From IMG/VR virus record IMGVR_UViG_3300005404_000025, positions 1-26,501 of that record: a DNA stretch of 26,501 bases; one strand, given 5' to 3'. The notes beneath the pieces were generated by a model, which saw only the letters and a program-made list of their open reading frames with translations, made no database searches and was not told where the DNA came from. Source of the DNA: a virus. Its lineage: Duplodnaviria > Caudoviricetes. Below are positions 24,578 to 26,501 of this stretch, piece after piece; position 1 is the stretch's first letter, and each line of letters starts with the position of its first letter. Both the position numbers and the translations under genes were made by a program.

Positions 24578-25297
24578 ATGGACAAAATAGTATTAGAAGT
24601 ATTTACTAACCAACAATATGTAATGGATCAATGTCAACCTACGTTGGCAAAGAACTTTATACCTGAATGGTGGAGAACATTACCGGCTAGTAGAACTGAA
24701 CATACTAATTTACATACAGGAGGAAGTCCTATACCAATAAGCAGTATGAAACAATGTCCTGCTATTAATGAAATATTAAAGCAAGGTGTTATATTTCCTA
24801 GTTGGTGTGAACTACATTTAAACTGTGATGATAACGGTCATTTAGACCAAAGAGTATTTCCAGAGCATACTGCATTACTACCACACGATGAACAAGATTG
24901 GAATTTCCATAAACCAAATTACGCACACGTCAAAGTAGGTAGTCCTTGGCTAATAAAAGAATCCACAGGAGTTAAATGGCTGTGGATAAAACCTGATTGG
25001 CATCAAAAAGATCCAAATGCATATTGGGGAGTACCTGGAATAATTGAGTACAAACATCAACACGCAGTACTTAATAACGTAATGATTAAGCATGGTACAA
25101 GTTGTAAAATCAATACAGGAGATCCTTGGTTGCAATTAATTCCAATGTCTGAAAAGCCAATTGAAGTTAAATGCCAGCTTGTTAGTAACGAAGAAATGAA
25201 TAGATTAAATACAACAAACATATCTGCCGTTGGTAGTTATATGAAGTCGATTAAAAATAAACAACGACAGGAAGGTAGATTGAATGAAGACGATTAG
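24578..25297 (+). CDS. Hypothetical protein (possible beta-clip/dUTPase-like fold)
   Basis: IPEWWRTLP, SMKQCPAI, KVGSPWLIK, VPGII and INTGDPWLQLIP, a pattern common among uncharacterised aquatic phage proteins. Function unknown. Confidence 0.6.
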   Translation: MDKIVLEVFTNQQYVMDQCQPTLAKNFIPEWWRTLPASRTEHTNLHTGGSPIPISSMKQCPAINEILKQGVIFPSWCELHLNCDDNGHLDQRVFPEHTALLPHDEQDWNFHKPNYAHVKVGSPWLIKESTGVKWLWIKPDWHQKDPNAYWGVPGIIEYKHQHAVLNNVMIKHGTSCKINTGDPWLQLIPMSEKPIEVKCQLVSNEEMNRLNTTNISAVGSYMKSIKNKQRQEGRLNEDD

Positions 25298-25847
25298 TGA
25301 AGAATACGTTCATCAGTTAGCACAACTGCATGATGAGAAAGCATCTTTTGGAGATGCTAAAGGGTTAAAAGCAATAGAGAAATGGATTAAAGAATTTGAT
25401 CCGCAATCAATATTTGATTATGGTTGTGGCAAAGGAGGAGTAGTCCAAGCATTAAAAGAAAATTACAAAGCCATTAATGCAGTAGGTTGGGATCCTGGAC
25501 ATCCAAGTTTCCAAGCTAGACCAGAAGGCACTTTCGATATGCTTATTAGTACTGATGTACTAGAACACATTGAACCCGTATTCCTAGACAACGTTTTACA
25601 AGATATTCATTCTACATTTGATAAAAATGCTTTTCTTATTATTGCTACAAGTCCTGCTAAAAAGTTTTTACCAGATGGACGTAACGCACACCTAATAGTT
25701 GAAACACCTGGTTGGTGGAAAGATAAAATTGAAAAGAATATGCCAGGTATAAAAATCGTACATCATGAGTTTGTTGAAAAAACTAGAACAGACAAACAAG
25801 GTAAAGTTCACCCGAACAATAAATATATTGTAGTACTAGGAAAGTAA
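25284..25847 (+). CDS. Class I SAM-dependent methyltransferase
   Basis: Motif I IFDYGCGKG, then GWDPG and FDMLISTDVLEHI. Confidence 0.9.
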   Translation: MKTISEEYVHQLAQLHDEKASFGDAKGLKAIEKWIKEFDPQSIFDYGCGKGGVVQALKENYKAINAVGWDPGHPSFQARPEGTFDMLISTDVLEHIEPVFLDNVLQDIHSTFDKNAFLIIATSPAKKFLPDGRNAHLIVETPGWWKDKIEKNMPGIKIVHHEFVEKTRTDKQGKVHPNNKYIVVLGK

Positions 25848-25851
25848 GTAA

Positions 25852-26501
25852 GTGTCATTTACTAATTTAATCACCACAGCTATCGATACAGTCGTAGACG
25901 ACTTACGTGCTAAAGGCGATCCTTCCGTATGTGAATTAGGCAATCAACGTATTAAAAATAATAAAGCTAGAGCTGTTATGTTTAATAGGTTAAACATTCA
26001 CAATCAAACAATTACATCTACAAAAGACTTTTTCCTTGCATTAGGATTTAAAGAATATGTTGCTATTGATGTTAACACAGAAAAAGATGCAATAGCAATG
26101 GATCTTAATACTGATATTAGTAAACAATACAACTACACTAAACAGTTTGATTTAGTTACTAATAACGGCACAGGCGAACACGTATTCAATCAATATACAG
26201 TATATAAAAATATGCACGACTTAACAAAAGTAGGAGGGTATATGATTCATGTACTTCCTTTTTATCGTTGGGTTGATCATGGTTTCTTTAATACACAACC
26301 TAACTTATATCCTTGTTTAGCAAATCAAAATGATTATGATTTACTAGGACTATGGATAGGAACTAGTGATGGACAAAAGATAGAGAAGTGTAAGGTTACT
26401 GCATTAAGAAGATATAAAGGTTATAGACACGACTTCCAATTAGATACTTGGGAACGTGACCCTATGGTTGTTGCTATTATGAAGAAGAAAAATAACAACA
26501 A
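25852..26501 (+). CDS. SAM-dependent methyltransferase-like protein, 3'-truncated (not in the ORF track)
   Basis: GTG start at 25852, open to the window end: MSFTNLITT...SVCELGNQ...YVAIDVN...MDLN...FDLVTNNGTGEHVFNQ...LTKVGGYMIHVLP...DHGFFN. Confidence 0.8.
   Translation, partial: MSFTNLITTAIDTVVDDLRAKGDPSVCELGNQRIKNNKARAVMFNRLNIHNQTITSTKDFFLALGFKEYVAIDVNTEKDAIAMDLNTDISKQYNYTKQFDLVTNNGTGEHVFNQYTVYKNMHDLTKVGGYMIHVLPFYRWVDHGFFNTQPNLYPCLANQNDYDLLGLWIGTSDGQKIEKCKVTALRRYKGYRHDFQLDTWERDPMVVAIMKKKNNN

Noticed and set aside
918-25135. All minus-strand ORFs and the short alternate-frame plus-strand ORFs (14782, 19601, 20268, 22678) in the track
   Set aside because: They lie within or across well-supported + strand genes, have no recognisable motifs, and look like shadow ORFs.
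25818-25825. AATAAATA as a late promoter for the last gene
   Set aside because: It lies inside a coding region in AT-rich DNA where TAAATA occurs often by chance, and it lacks the diagnostic spacing. Not supportable alone.
1-26501. Stop-codon reassignment, CRISPR arrays, tRNA or rRNA genes
   Set aside because: Genes are full length in the standard code with TAA, TGA and TAG all used as stops. Intergenic gaps are short and I saw no repeat-spacer array or cloverleaf, though no scan was run.

Overview
A 26.5 kb AT-rich fragment of a large T4-related myovirus (tailed dsDNA phage), with all credible genes on the + strand in the standard genetic code. Positions 1-11768 hold a rearranged virion and packaging block: an enlarged tail sheath (5'-truncated), tail tube, a tube-fold baseplate protein, gp4 head completion nuclease, small terminase, probable internal head proteins, large terminase and a large acidic core-like protein. 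Positions 11900-14690 hold a recombination block (gp32 SSB, UvsX, a small acidic protein, UvsY). A peroxiredoxin follows, then a translationally coupled six-gene glycan cluster (15348-21088: nucleotidyltransferase-cupin fusion, TylF O-methyltransferase, two GT-A-like and three KpsS/KpsC-like glycosyltransferases). After that come a UvsW helicase operon and two more methyltransferases, the last 3'-truncated. The most notable signals are: (1) four genes start exactly 5 nt after a T4-late-like TAAATA box with no Shine-Dalgarno, implying leaderless late mRNAs; (2) one of these heads the glycan cluster, suggesting a late-expressed, possibly virion-directed glycosylation system; (3) a standalone, apparently catalytically dead Hint-fold protein. 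All protein calls come from motif recognition by eye; no searches were run.
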